From Hydrolagus affinis (taxonomy: Eukaryota): a stretch of 64,000 nucleotides of DNA. Of this stretch, positions 1-12,529 are shown piece after piece. The position numbers and the translations under genes were made by a program. The notes beneath the pieces are model-generated. The model made no database searches, was not told the DNA's origin, and worked only from the letters and a program-made list of their open reading frames with translations. The stretch lies in assembly GCA_012026655.1 (NCBI GenBank), contig JAAILG010000358.1:1-64000 (forward strand), written 5' to 3'. Each line of letters begins with the position of its first letter. Within the stretch, counting starts at the first letter, position 1.

Positions 1-1329
1 AGCGTTGAAAGCACAAAGCAGCTATGAAGGTTTTCCTTATGAATGAAATAAAACAGGTACAGGCTGTTTCCCTCGTTTATGTATTCTGTTTATACAGCAC
101 GCACATCTCGGGCCATTTTCTAAAGAAAAAGATTCCGTCTCTTCGTTTGCCTTCAGTTTTAATGGGGATTTCAGCCTGCACGGGTCACTAATCCCGATCA
201 CGTTCTATGCATTGCTTGTCTTCCTCTGACTACCCGCCACCTTGAAAATTCCCTAAAAGGACTTTAAGCAGCAGACGGGCAGCATCACTCTGACTCTAAC
301 CTATTGCTTTTTTCAGCCAGTGGGAGCACTAGCATGCATGCTTAGCTCTGTAAATCAACATAAACCCACACAAAAGAAGCAGTAACTCTCTTCAGAGTCA
401 ACTGGATGGAGAAAGCGAGAGACTCAGTAAAGCTGGCAGCAGCAACTAGCCTCACAGCTTCTGCGAAAAGCCAGTGGTGGCTTACTCTTAGCGCTGAAAA
501 GCGAGGCGCAGGCTGAAAAGCACTCTCAATTGTGAAGCGCCCCCCCCCACCCCCATGTTACACTTTCACACCAGTGCGTGATAACGCCGATTTATCATGC
601 AGAAAGTATCAAAACACATGCCACAAAGCGATCACTGGTAACTGCTCGAATCTCACACTGCACATCTGGAACGAGCTTACTGATGGTCTGAAAGTAATTT
701 ACTTCCACTTGATTTTCCAAAGCTCAGGCCAGTCTTGGAAAGCAGCTGCTGGTAAAAAAAATACTTTTTTTAAAAAAACATAAATACGTGATTAATGACA
801 ACCGCGCATGCATCATTTACAGCCACATGGGTTTTTAAAAGGGAAATATCGTGGCTGGATAAATAAAGCAACCCCTTGTGCTGTTCCTCTTTCAATGGAA
901 CACAGCTAACTTTCCATGGCTCGTAATGCATTTTTTTTCACTCTCGTTTGCTGTCGAGATGAAACTTGTTTAACTTTTAAACAGAATGCACCACCACAGA
1001 CGAAAGAATCCACGGCCATTTATGTCCGAGCAATTCCGGTCCTTTGTTGCCAATGTGCCTCAAAGAGCACCACTGTTCATAATAACACGTGCTCCAGCCA
1101 GCAAGCCCGTATTTATGTTCAACGCGGTATGTGTCATTTCAATCAAGTGCAACACAAACTGAGTTGTTTATGGCGTGCCCATTAACACGGTGGTTGAGGT
1201 GGCAGCTTTACACTATTATGATCTACGCTTTAAACAATAGCAGCTGATGACCGACTGGTGTGTGCAAAGTGCCACAATCAGTTGAACAGGTCACCCCAGT
1301 CTATCAGACAGAGACCAACACTGAAGCCT

Positions 1330-1400
1330 TACATAAGAACATAGAATTGCTAGTTGGAAGAGACATGACAGTTTGCCATAACCATCCTAGCAGTCACATG
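1330..1400 (-). mobile_element. CR1-type LINE 3' end fragment
   Basis: acataagaacatagaa...ccatcctag resembles a CR1 3' terminal repeat on the minus strand. Confidence 0.35.
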
Positions 1401-1582
1401 CTCATGTCATGTTCCCAAGCTACAGTATATACTGTATCCGAGATAATTGCTGACAGAAATCTACCTAATTTGTTCTTGAAAGAAACAACATGTCCAACGT
1501 CTCTGAGAGGATCCATGAATACAATGGGAAAACCTCCAAACTAAACGAATGACGTTAGCACACAAACAACACAGTTCTATTT

Positions 1583-1869
1583 TAATAATAATAAAATCCT
1601 TGCATTTGATACAGCATTTTTTACGTTTTTTAGACGTCTCAAAGCACTTCACAGAAAAAACTAAAAAGTGAATTGACTGTATATTTTGTGGGCAAAACAC
1701 AGCAGTCAATTGCGCACTGCAGTATCCCACAAACAGTTGTGGATTGAGGGATTATTATCAGGCATATGGAGTAAGGAAACGTGCCCAAGGTTTCGCCCTG
1801 ACCTGCCTGGAATTGAATCCAGGTCTCTCGCTTATAAGGAGAAACCACTAACCACTGAGCTACAGGACT
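1583..1869 (-). mobile_element. tRNA-derived Deu-domain SINE with L2-like (ATT)n tail (family A), near full length
   Basis: Minus strand reads AGTCCTGTAGCTCAGTGGTTAG head, Deu core TGTGGGATACTGCAGTGCGCAATTGACTGC and tail ATCAAATGCAAGGATTTTATTATT; multicopy in the window. Confidence 0.9.
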
Positions 1870-4110
1870 TTTATATCTAAAATCTAATGTGCAATGGAGA
1901 TAATGGGATCCTGAAGTTTTGCTTTCGAGCTTTATTTCAAAATGTGCTGGAATAGAACAACTTTACCACCCACAAGAGCTTGCAATTTACATAAGGCCTT
2001 TCACATAGGATAACGTCTCAAAGCATCTCACGGTGTCGATGTTCAAAAGCTGTTACGTGTACAGTATTAAGATTGAATAAATTATTTAATTGGAACGCAT
2101 GCCGACTTGAAGACATGGCAATTCAGAAATGTTTTATTTGGTCATCCAGGTGTCAGACACCCACAAAAACCCATCACCGTGCTTAAAGTGTATCCAAACC
2201 AAACCGAGCTCCACATGTGTACGTCACCTAAACATGGAAACATGTCTGTGTTTGGAATGGATTGTGCACTTTTTCCCTTGAGGGGCGCACTTTGCTTACA
2301 TCATTCTGGAGAGCATTGGGTACAGGTTGGCAAGAGCCAAGACTTGAGGACTGCAGAGTATGTATGCCCTAGGGTACTGCTGGAGTGAAGCCAGCTAAAA
2401 CTGTGCAACTTATCATTGAGAGTACTGTCTGGCTAGCTTCCCACTGCTTATCCAACTACAGCTAGGACTAACTACCCTATCCATTAGGGCTCCACTTTGC
2501 AGGGTTAATAGAAATGCAAATATTTTAAATGAAATCTTGATCTTCTTGCCTCCCCCACTCCCCCAGCCTACTCTTGATCCTCGATTTTCAACTTTTGTCC
2601 AATCCTGTAACAATTCCAGTTGTAAATTTTACATCCTACAAGTATTAAACACACGGCTGTACTCAGAACCTGGATACAAGCTGCAATTTTTTTGTAAAAA
2701 TAATTAAAATGTAAAAGGCTGTATACGTTGAAATTCATTATACTGCAGGAACCCCAAGCCACCAGATTTGAGAAGTTTGCTGTCTGCTCCGATTTTGAAG
2801 ACAGTTTTTTTTAAAAAAAACTTGCATTTATATACTGCCCTTCATGTGGGGTAGTATCTCATAGCGCTTAACAGTGCTTGACATTGAGCCAGGGAGACAG
2901 AGAGGAGGTGCAGAGGAAAATCTGAAATCACAACTATCCCACACATAAACTGAGCAGACTTTTGTTATGTCAATAATGAAGCCATCCTCTGGTAAATAGA
3001 AGCTTATCACTCTTTTAAAGTAATATGTGTGGGGGGTGGTGGTGGGGGCGGTAGGGGGGGGTATTCACAATCGGTTTGGAAATGCTGCCAGAGAGAAGCA
3101 CAAGAGCTGAATATATACAGCCTCCTGTCCCTTCATTGCCGAACACATCTTTTTTGTTGTGAGGACATATCTTGACTCCCCCCACCCAGGAAAACAATGA
3201 GTGTGTGAATGCTGAATGTCTGCAATAGTTACATTGCAACATCCAACCCAAGCTTACTTTTCTGTTCCCTCTTCAACCAAAAAAATAAAATACCCTTAAA
3301 ATATGTTCCTTGTTGAGTGTGCACCTTATAACTGCAATTGTTACCATTGGGCTTATTTTCTTCTGTACCAAGCACCAACCCCCCCCCCCTCCCCCCCATC
3401 ACCAACCTTCCTACACATAAATCCGTAGAATTAGTCAAATTAAAGCTTTTTGGAATAAATGTTCAATTTTTACCATTTCAAAATGGACCTTTGAATCGCT
3501 GTGATCTCTCCTGCTGGGAGAGATCACACCTGATTTTTTGTTTGTTAAACCATGTTTATAAATAGCCACGTTGGCACAAGCTCAACTAAACTAGTGTCAC
3601 CTCCCTCTAAGCTGGCATTGTATCTATTCCCTGAAGGGCAAGCTGCATGAGAAGCTGAGTCATTCCGTCCCGCGGCAACGACTGTACTACAGCTTGCAAC
3701 GTGTTCAGCCGTTGCTGCTTCCACATGGTAGACCTGACAAAGGTCTTTCAATGGCTTGTTTGTACTTTCAACATGTTCTTTTTGTTGTCTGTGTGGATTT
3801 GGAAAAAGCGTTTTATAACGTTACCAAAACTTTCCAACTGATGTGCATTTCTCTTTTAATGTATGAGGTGAAATTCAGAAGTGAAACAGAATACCCTCCA
3901 TTTCCTCCCTCCCCCACTTCCTATTAGCAATGATGTCCTCAAATCAATGCACTGACTGACACAAAGGTCTCCACGTAACGTACACACAGAATTTGAGTAC
4001 TGATTTTGAGCACCCAATGCTGTAATGGTTTCTTTCAAGGGCTTGCACTATTTTTCTAAGAACCTGGGTTAAATCGCTGTTATAACATGCGACTATAACA
4101 AGTTATAGTT

Positions 4111-4232
4111 GAGTCCTGTGGCTCAGTGGTTAGAGCACTCGCCTTACAAGTGAGAGACCTGGGTTCAATTCCAGGCAGGACGAAACCTCGGGCAAGTATA
4201 CTTCTATATCAAATAGAAGGATTATTATTATA
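4111..4232 (+). mobile_element. Internally deleted family A SINE (tRNA-Val-like head fused to tail)
   Basis: Intact A/B boxes (TGGCTCAGTGG, GGTTCAATTCC) and anticodon loop CTTACAA, followed directly by CTATATCAAATAGAAGGATTATTATT. Confidence 0.8.
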
Positions 4233-4940
4233 TATTACTATACTTGTTGCCAATACCTGGGCACAGGACTTTACTTTTGCAGCAACCATTGAGAAGCACT
4301 CAGAAGTTTTGCATCACAGCTACCAGCAGAGTGTGTCCTTTCGAGGCATTCTCCTTGCACTGCAACAGCAACACTGCATAGATAATTATGTTTCTGACGC
4401 TCTACTTTTCTTTTCTTCCACTTGGAACTTCGAGTACAATAAAAACATAACTGGAATAGTAAATTATAAATTATTTTAAAATATCAATGAATAATCTCTC
4501 TCTCTGCTGGATTCGATAACAACAACAACATCTGTGTTGTCTTTCACGTCAGGTGGATGCCCCAAGAAGCTATAACAATATCAACTTGTCAGTAAAAAGT
4601 GTTGCTTCCCTATATTCTGCAGAAATACTGTATGACACCGCCATGAACATTCATGCTCACACAAAACAAGTTGAATTCTTCAGTCATTGCCTAAAGCCAC
4701 TAAGCTTCCACCTTTGTATTCAGCTGGTGTTCACACTTGACCCACGTGTATGACTAATTCTTCAGCAGGACCATTTTTTTTGGTGCAATTATTCTTCAAA
4801 GTAAGCTCGCAAGAAACCCTGAAATTCAATACGTGCTCACTGGTAAAGCCTTCCAGCATTCCCTCCAGCTGGCTTCCAACACCTCACCCCTACCCCACCT
4901 ACTTGGTGGATACAGCAACAAGAGAAAAATATCTTGCAGC

Positions 4941-5080
4941 TTAGCTCAGCTAGTAGCTCTCGCTTCGGGGACAAAAGGTTCAAACACCACGTCATAAATT
5001 CAGTTCATGTTCCAGGGTGATAGGCCAGTTCAGTACTGTGGGAGCGCGGCATTGTCAGAGGTATGGTTCATTGTGCGAGT
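4941..5080 (+). mobile_element. Old SacSINE1/AmnSINE-like SINE 5' fragment (family B)
   Basis: GCTCAG..TAGC..CTCGC...CAGTACTG.GGGAGCGCGGCATTGTCAGAGGT matches the copies at 36210 and 37460. Confidence 0.6.
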
Positions 5081-5109
5081 CTTCAAAAAAATGTATCTCT
5101 TCGAGCACG

Positions 5110-5240
5110 AGGCCGAGTCAGGGATAAGTGACTATAAGCACGGTTGAAGAGGAAGGTCTTCAGGAACAACCTGAAGATCGAGAAGGAAGGGGCACAGTGA
5201 AGGGATTGAGGGAGAGTTTTGGGGCATTGTGGCTGAAGGA
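5110..5240 (-). mobile_element. L2 LINE 3' region fragment
   Basis: Purine-rich + strand similar to the L2 ORF2 C-terminal copy at 14085-14400. Confidence 0.5.
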
Positions 5241-5954
5241 AAGGAAACTAGCTCACAAAAGATGCTGACTAAAAAAAATCACAGATATATTGTTCGCAGG
5301 TTATCCACACGTGCTAGAAAGATACTCCAATAATACGCAGGCACAGTGCCACAAAGAAGTGTTCGTTTGTGCAGAGAACACACCCTGCACAAACAAACTC
5401 AAAGTGCAGCTGTTCCATCAATTTGCAAAACAGGCAGCAGCATTGCCACTGAAGTCAGCAGGAATCCCACTGAAGCCAACACCAAGCTTGCACTTAGAAC
5501 ACAAATCTGAATCTGAACATGTTTGGTAATTTTCCCAACAGGGGAAAACCAATACTGACTGTATTACACAGCAAATTTACTCCTTCCTTTTGTCTGTTTA
5601 TAATTTTTCAAGAAAATTTTTCAGAACTTTTGGTTCTGTTGTTCCATGCACCTTGTGTTAATCTGCCCTCTGTTCTGCCCTGTGCCTTTTGAGAATTTGC
5701 CCCCTGTGCTCTTTTATAAATAACAATAATGCGATTATAACTTACCAATAATAGCAAGTCACAATGAAAACTTTAATTTGGATATTTATAATTGTGTGGG
5801 TTATTAATAGCCACATAGGGAAAGGTGGATGAAATTTACAGAATTGGGGCAGTACTGTATAGCGTTCAGTCCAACAAATGTACTACATGAAGCAGAATAA
5901 GAGAAAGGAGTCCTGCCACACAATCTCCCAAATACAATTAGTCATTAACTCCAT

Positions 5955-6110
5955 GGCTGATTGTTGGACATTGCTGTGCGTAAATTGGCTGCCACGTTTC
6001 CCCACAAAATACGCAATCATTGCACCTGACAGTATATGTTCTGAAGTGCTTTGACACGTTCTCCTGGTATAAAACAACCTATATCAAATGAAGGAATTAT
6101 TATTATTTAT
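5955..6110 (+). mobile_element. Deu-SINE 3' half
   Basis: TTGCTGTGCGTAAATTGGCTGCCACGTTTC core and ATCAAATGAAGGAATTATTATT tail. Confidence 0.85.
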
Positions 6111-6224
6111 TGTTAATTCCAACACTATGGTTAGAAACAAATCATACTAGAATTAGAGGTAATTTCCAGCATATTTAATCTTTTTAAAAAATAGAAATAC
6201 TTACTAAAACTAATAAATGCGTCA

Positions 6225-6566
6225 TAATAATCCTTATACTTGATATAGCACCTCATATCTCCAACTCAACACTTAACAGAATATCTGTAAAGTGAATTGA
6301 CTGTATATTTTATGGGTGAAATGTGACAGCCAATTGTGTACAACAGTGTTCCAAAAACAGTCGTAGATTGAGTGACCAAATTATTATTATTTTAAGGGAT
6401 TATTTCCCCTGGAACATTCCCAAAATTGACTAACAACTGGGTTCCTACTTACTGCTAGATAAACAGATGCATGTGGAGTAAGGAAAGTTGTCTAACTTTT
6501 CACTCTGTTGAGAATCAAACCCATGCTTCTTGCCTGTGAAGCGAGTGTCTAATCCATGTGCTCCAA
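6225..6566 (-). mobile_element. Family A SINE, diverged, long variant
   Basis: Tail, Deu core and degraded tRNA head are present, plus an extra internal segment like that in the 56974 copy. Confidence 0.8.
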
Positions 6567-6947
6567 CCATAAATTTTATTAAAATATTTTTCCAATAAGT
6601 TTATCTCTTTGACACAAGAATACTAGCAACTTGTGCGTAAGTGCAATCTGAAATAAAAAGCAGGATACTGAAAGAGACGCTAAATACAATAATTTGCAAT
6701 AAGAAGTGTTAATTTCATAGTGCTGCAGAGGAAACATTATTATTTGTCACTTTGCTGCCCATTGTAAACTGACAAATACTTTCATATAAATGTTTCAAAA
6801 TAAATACTTGGTTTATTTTGATTTAATAAGATCTGCAGCTGGAAGCAGTGCAATTTATAGATAAAATTTGTTGAGTAGCTCAGATATGGTTGCACACCAA
6901 GATTCACCCTTCCAGCTGTGTAATGAATAAAATACACTGCGTAGGAG

Positions 6948-7247
6948 AATAATAATCATCTCTGCATTTGATATAAAGCTTTTCACGTTTTCCAGACATC
7001 TCAAAGTGCTTCACTGTTAAGTGAATTGACTGTATATTTGTGGGCAAAACGTGGCAGCCAATGGCGCACAGCAGTGTCCCACAAACAGTTGTGGATTGAA
7101 ATGATCAATTTATTATTGTTTTATTTGAGGAATGATTATTAAGCATCTAGAGTAAGGAAACTTGTCCAAGACTTCACCCTGCCTGAAATTGAACCAAGCT
7201 CTCTCGCTTGTAAGGCGAATGCTCTTACCACTGAGCTACAGGACTCC
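6948..7247 (-). mobile_element. Family A SINE, full length
   Basis: Runs from GGAGTCCTGTAGCTCAGTGGTAAGAGC to the (ATT)n tail; a second partial copy follows at about 7250-7385. Confidence 0.92.
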
Positions 7248-9024
7248 AGAATCATCCTTGCATTTGATGTCGGAGAGGTGTCTGAAGGCACACCAAGGGA
7301 TTTAATGTAAAACTATGTATTTTGTAGGCAAACCTGTAAGACAATTTGCACGAAGCAATGTCCCACAAACAGCCATGAAGAGGATTTTATGAAATAATAC
7401 ACAAAAGCATTTTTGTTACATACTTCTTTACAACATGAGAAATTGTAATGATAAAACCATCTTCCATTCTGCAGCATTCAAAGCACTAACCTTCCACAGC
7501 CCAGCAAACCTCATCAAAGTTTTCATGTTTCACTTTGTTTAAAAAAACACACAGAATCTCCTGTCATGCAGAATGCTAAACAGAAAGCAGAACAATCAGA
7601 ACTGTTTTTAAATGACAAAGGATTATTTCAACACCTTCCTCTTTCCCTGTTAATTTCTTTTAACAACACTTGCCTTTAAAGAGTTAAGTGCTCATGACAT
7701 CATCTGGGGAATTGGCTTGGAAGCATTACTACTGAGTCTGTTTGTGTGAGGGAGCTGAATTAATGGCATGCTTAGATCTTAAGCACCCTGGGTTAATGAC
7801 TGTATGGAAAATCAAAAGAGACAGAAATAAACTATGGAGGAGAAGATTTCAACACAAAATAACGCTGGCATGTGAAAACTATGAGATGAAATAACTTAAA
7901 ACATCTGGGTAAAACCCGATAAAGCCTTTTAAAGTTACTCATGTGAAAAGCAACTGTCTGCTGACAAACAGTGAATGGATTGCCAGTTCTATGGCATAAA
8001 TTCTCTGTTTTTGCTGTGTCAGGATTCATGGAGTTAGCAGTGGGGGAGGGATGGGAAACAAAACATCTTTGAAAACATGAAAATTCAAGATGGATGGATT
8101 CAGAATCTGGGCAGGATATTTGAACATCTGGTTTGTATCTGGGACAGGGACATTTTAGGAAACCGGTTATAGATACTCCAGATTGTTGTTCATCCTGACA
8201 TTTCATGTTAAACTAAGACTCCACAGTGGCCCATGTGATGAAAAATAAACAGTTTGCAATAGCATTTCTCCAAATGGAATAGTAGGGCAGGCAGCATAAG
8301 CAAAATGTAGGGAACTCCAAAACAGCTCTTAATGGATTGACTTTTTACAGAAATATGAAGCCCGCGCATGGCTTAGTCTTAATATCATTACCTTCAAATA
8401 TAAGACTGTGCGGATTTGGGAAAATTCGTAAAAGAAACCTCACTAAAGTATCTATTGAATTTAAGAATCTTCAAATATCCTACAAGATACTAACAGCTTG
8501 ATGCAAAAGCAGTATTTGGGGGATTTCTGAGGTCAGAACCTGCAGTCGAGACCTTTGAGCAATCTGCGAACATTAGACTGAATTTCTGTCTTAAACCCAC
8601 GGCCGCATGTTTGTTATTCTTTCTGAGATGTGCCCCACAGTTTAAAACAGTCCCCGCTTCGGTTAATCTTTCAAGGGCATCCACTCCAGCAGATGTGTCA
8701 CCGATTCTCAACATAGAAAATTGAAATTCCAGGGAAATTAGGTCACTCGCAACAACAGGAGCAGCTCCTCTCCCACCTGGTAGACAAACTGATCCGCATC
8801 ACTTCACCACCGTGGGGCGAACGACCCAGTGCTTCTCTTTGTGACAGGCTGTGTAGGAGAGCCAGCTCTAAGGAAAAGTAACTCGCTTCAGTGCTCCTTG
8901 TTGATGGATCGCCGGCTGCAACCTCTACACATATGGGTTTGTGTTTAGGATCGGAAGCAGGAGACGATGTATGCTATAGGGTCCGTTTTGAGATCAGATG
9001 CCACGTTGAGAAGAGCATATACAC

Positions 9025-9229
9025 CAGGGTGGTCCAAGCTTTTGGCTGCCGAGGGCCAGATGCCCTATTTAAGAAACAAACTTCCACAGGCTGCATAATA
9101 ATATTTTTGTGTTTCCCTTGCAGAAACATAACATTTATGGGTTATACAAGCCATAAATATGAGCGGGTGAGCCAGATGAAATGGAGTGGGGGGAGGGGGT
9201 GAAATCAGCTTGCCAGGTGGACCACCCTG
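9025..9229. mobile_element. hAT-like MITE, 205 bp, old
   Basis: Perfect 12-bp TIRs CAGGGTGGTCCA (9025-9036) and TGGACCACCCTG (9218-9229); TSD not recognisable. Confidence 0.7.
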
Positions 9230-9869
9230 ATTGATATGCACTACTTCATAAATGCAAGTTTAAATATTTTAAACCAACTAAACACAATGCATTGTGAGGA
9301 CTGGCAGTAAATTCAACCGAGTAGTTATGATAATGGCGTAAGCCACAAGTGCAAAGTTTGAGAGGTTTATGGGCACGAACAGGATCGTGAGATTGAATTA
9401 CTGCCTTGAACTCCTTGCCAGACAGTTGTTATTCCTTTACATTATATAGACCAGAGTTTATTTTAAGAATAATGAATTTGTGTTATTTTAGCTGGTGAAG
9501 GGTGCAGATTCTAAGTGTGGGAGAAGTGGAAGCTTGTAGGTGAGAAAGATACAGGGTGTCAATTAATATAATTTCCTTCAGTTCTCAAATCACAACATGT
9601 GATTCCTATGGCTAGGAATTAATTATTCGATGCATTGAATATGTTTATGAATTTTTTTTTACATTTTGTCTTACCGACATCAGATGAAATGCATCATTAG
9701 ATCACGTACCACTCGCTTTCCTCCACCCAACAATGTGCATTAACAAGGCCCTCAAAAAGCACCTTCCTATTATTCCAGTGAACTCTCCTGCACCTCAAAG
9801 TCAATTTTGCACCAATCTAAGCCAAAGTATCTGCGGTTTTGTACTGTGCTGGTGCCAACTAGGATCTGA

Positions 9870-9990
9870 ATTGAGATTGTGCAAACTCATTTCCTGCAGG
9901 GCACTTATACTTGGTGAAAAGAGGAGACATTCATGTCATCAGTCTGGAATCAAGGCCCGATTCCAGAGGTGAAAGGCCAATATGTTAATG
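9870..9990 (-). mobile_element. Old tRNA-SINE head, LF-SINE-like
   Basis: Minus strand GGCCTTTCACCTCTGG...TTGATTCC; related fragments near 26170, 57580 and 60230. Confidence 0.4.
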
Positions 9991-10029
9991 AATTTGTCTC
10001 ACCGTGGAGCCCAATCCTTTCCTTGCTAT

Positions 10030-10180
10030 TGGCATCTACACACATACCCGGCAAGGGCGTTTGGATATGACCAGGAGTGGGAACTCGGGCTGGTTTTGAC
10101 CTTGATGACATGAGGCAATAATGTGTAGAAACTCTAATTATATCAGACCAGCTAAGATCAACCAGCTAAGTACAGAGCAT
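10030..10180 (-). mobile_element. Old tRNA-derived SINE, family C
   Basis: GGATATGACCAGGAGTGGGAACTCGGGCTG...GAGGCAAT...GCTAAGATCA is shared with the 12040, 24655 and 34670 copies. Confidence 0.55.
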
Positions 10181-10878
10181 GATTTGTTAGATAAACTCAG
10201 AATCATCAGAAGAGCTTATATATTCTGTTTCTTTTATAATGATAAGTTAACAATAATCACTTCCATTTTCAACCTTTTACAAGTCTCTCATTAATGACCG
10301 AATAGCGTCATTTGTCAATTCCTTCCCCCCCTTTCGAATCCCTTGATGTTCTGCTTCTACACTCTTCCCAACAAAATGAATCTGTGGCATTGCAAATGTA
10401 CAGAAAATGATTTCAAAAGGCAACACTGTGAATTATAAAGAAGTGGTTTGTAGTTCGATTTGAGAGCAGAGGTTAACGCGCGGAAGGAGAATCACTAAAT
10501 GCACTGCTGGCTCCTTTGCAAATGACTCTGCCACATTTTTACATTACAAAGCAAATTGTGTCCTCTTTGTTCACTTGAAAAGATTCTCCCTCATCTCTCG
10601 TCCGGGCGGTAATTATTCTGCATTAAATTCGCCTTTTTTTTTGGCTTTATTATATAAAATATATATTTTTGAAAAAACGTCTCACTCCCGGGTGCAGCTC
10701 GCTTCGTGCGAGTGTAAAAAAGACATGATGAATTCATAAACCTGTACGTGCCGCAGATGACAAGTGGGTGTTTAGAATCCTGGGTTAAAGATAACCCTTT
10801 GACAGTGACATTTGTTGCCTGAGTGATGAGTCATCCTCTGTTTATGCTCAATGTCAGCTTTGGAATAATAAAGATTGC

Positions 10879-10970
10879 CCGAGGGAGGGAGGGAAGAGAG
10901 AGGAGAGAGGGAGGGAGGAGGAGAGAGGGGAGAGGGAGGGAGGGAGGAGAGAGGGAGGGAGGGAGGAGAG
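10879..10970. repeat. GA-rich polypurine low-complexity tract
   Basis: About 90 bp consisting only of G and A on +. Confidence 0.95.
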
Positions 10971-12039
10971 ATGCGCATCAGTGTTTTTTATCGTGCCGAA
11001 ATTTCAGCTCGAGACAAAAATACATTTTGGGGGAGGCCATTCCTCTCACTTTCCAGTTGCAACTGTCTGCCATTAATAGGGTGGCGCGCAGTCCCGAGGG
11101 AAGATCGAGCTAATGAAATGCATCTGTATCTAGGCAACCTCACCCAGGATTTACACCAGCAGGAACAGCTGAGATTCTGCAGGCTGATGACCAGCCATAA
11201 GAACATCAGAGACGATATTTCAGCCCCGTCATTTAAGCTCTCTCATCACAACTGACATTCAATCCTCTTGCAGTAATCCAGCTCTCCCCACCCCCCTCCA
11301 CACACACACACACACACCACATCCCCTGCCCATTCAGTAAATGGCCAGCAGAGCATGAATAATATCCTCAGCCTGCAGAGAAACAGCAGAGTGTGGTTTT
11401 AACATGCGGAAAGGCTGAATTGGAATTTAGCTCACTGTCAAACTTTCACCCCAAGTGTTTATTTTCTAGCCTTGCAGCTGTGGTAAGGATTCCCGGGGAA
11501 GCGTGTTCTCTCTCTCTCAACGCACAGGGAAAACTCCAAAATATGGAAGTATGACACGCATCAATTTAGAAGTCAGACAAAAATAGCCTGGATTGCTTAG
11601 CACTTGTTAATAATTCACTGTAGGATTACCAATGTCTCAAACATGGCGGTGGTGGGGTGGGTGTGGGGGCACATTGCAAATACTGTAGTGGAAAATCTAC
11701 TGAAAAAAATTCAAATACAAATAAGCCCAGATTTTACAAGCACTAAAAAAAACAGTCATGTGCTTGAGGACTGAATGTTTCATATGCGTCCCTCACAAAT
11801 GGTGGCATATTAAAATGAAATGTATGTCACTCGACACATTTCCCATCAATTTACTCCACTCCTCGCCTCTTGGAGGGATTTGATTCCTTTTTTCTTCGCT
11901 TCTCCCGAAGGGTACAAATCCATCCATGGGCGCTGTGTGCTCTCTCTCTCTCTCTCTCTGGTTCTTCATCCAACTGTCAAGTTATTAACATGTGTGTGTC
12001 GGCAGCAGAATCAACTGCAGGGAGCAGAGCACAGCTGAG

Positions 12040-12215
12040 CCCGAACCTGTCCTCATTCGGCATCCACAAAGGTACAGAGGTCGCTGGATAGCACTTGAGA
12101 GCGGAAACCCTGGCTGATTCTCTTTTGCCTGACTCGAGGCACAAGGCAACTGTTTGTGCGACATCTGCTGCATTGCTCACTCAGCACAGTCTGGGGGTGG
12201 GGGATTGTACCTGAT
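12040..12215 (-). mobile_element. Family C SINE
   Basis: GGATAGCACTTGAGAGCGGAAACCCTGGCTGATT...CTCAGCACAG. Confidence 0.55.
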
Positions 12216-12529
12216 CTGTGTGGTTCAGCTACTCACCAGACACACATAGGGAGCTCATTCAAGTGTTTTGTTTCAAGGAAATCTACCAGGTTATTGTTTT
12301 TAAGGTGCTTTCTTTTGCAGTGGTAACAGTGAGCGAGAAACAGAAGCAAATCTGCTCCACAAACGCTGCTAAGAATCTCATCTCCCAACTCAACAACAAA
12401 TTACATTTGTGTGGCGCTTTGCGTGTCAGGACGACATCCCAAGGCACTGGATAGTCAGGGACCCGCACAGCTATGAATTTGGTTTTCTGGTGGCTTTGGA
12501 GGTGAGAGGCTACGTACATCTCAGGCGTG

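Noticed and set aside
4111-4183. Possible genuine tRNA-Val gene
   Set aside because: Same sequence type as the heads of multicopy SINEs in the window, imperfect T-stem, and followed by SINE sequence rather than a poly-T terminator.
10772-11255. Arg/Glu/Gly-rich and Pro/Ser/Leu-rich ORFs
   Set aside because: Translation products of the GA polypurine tract.
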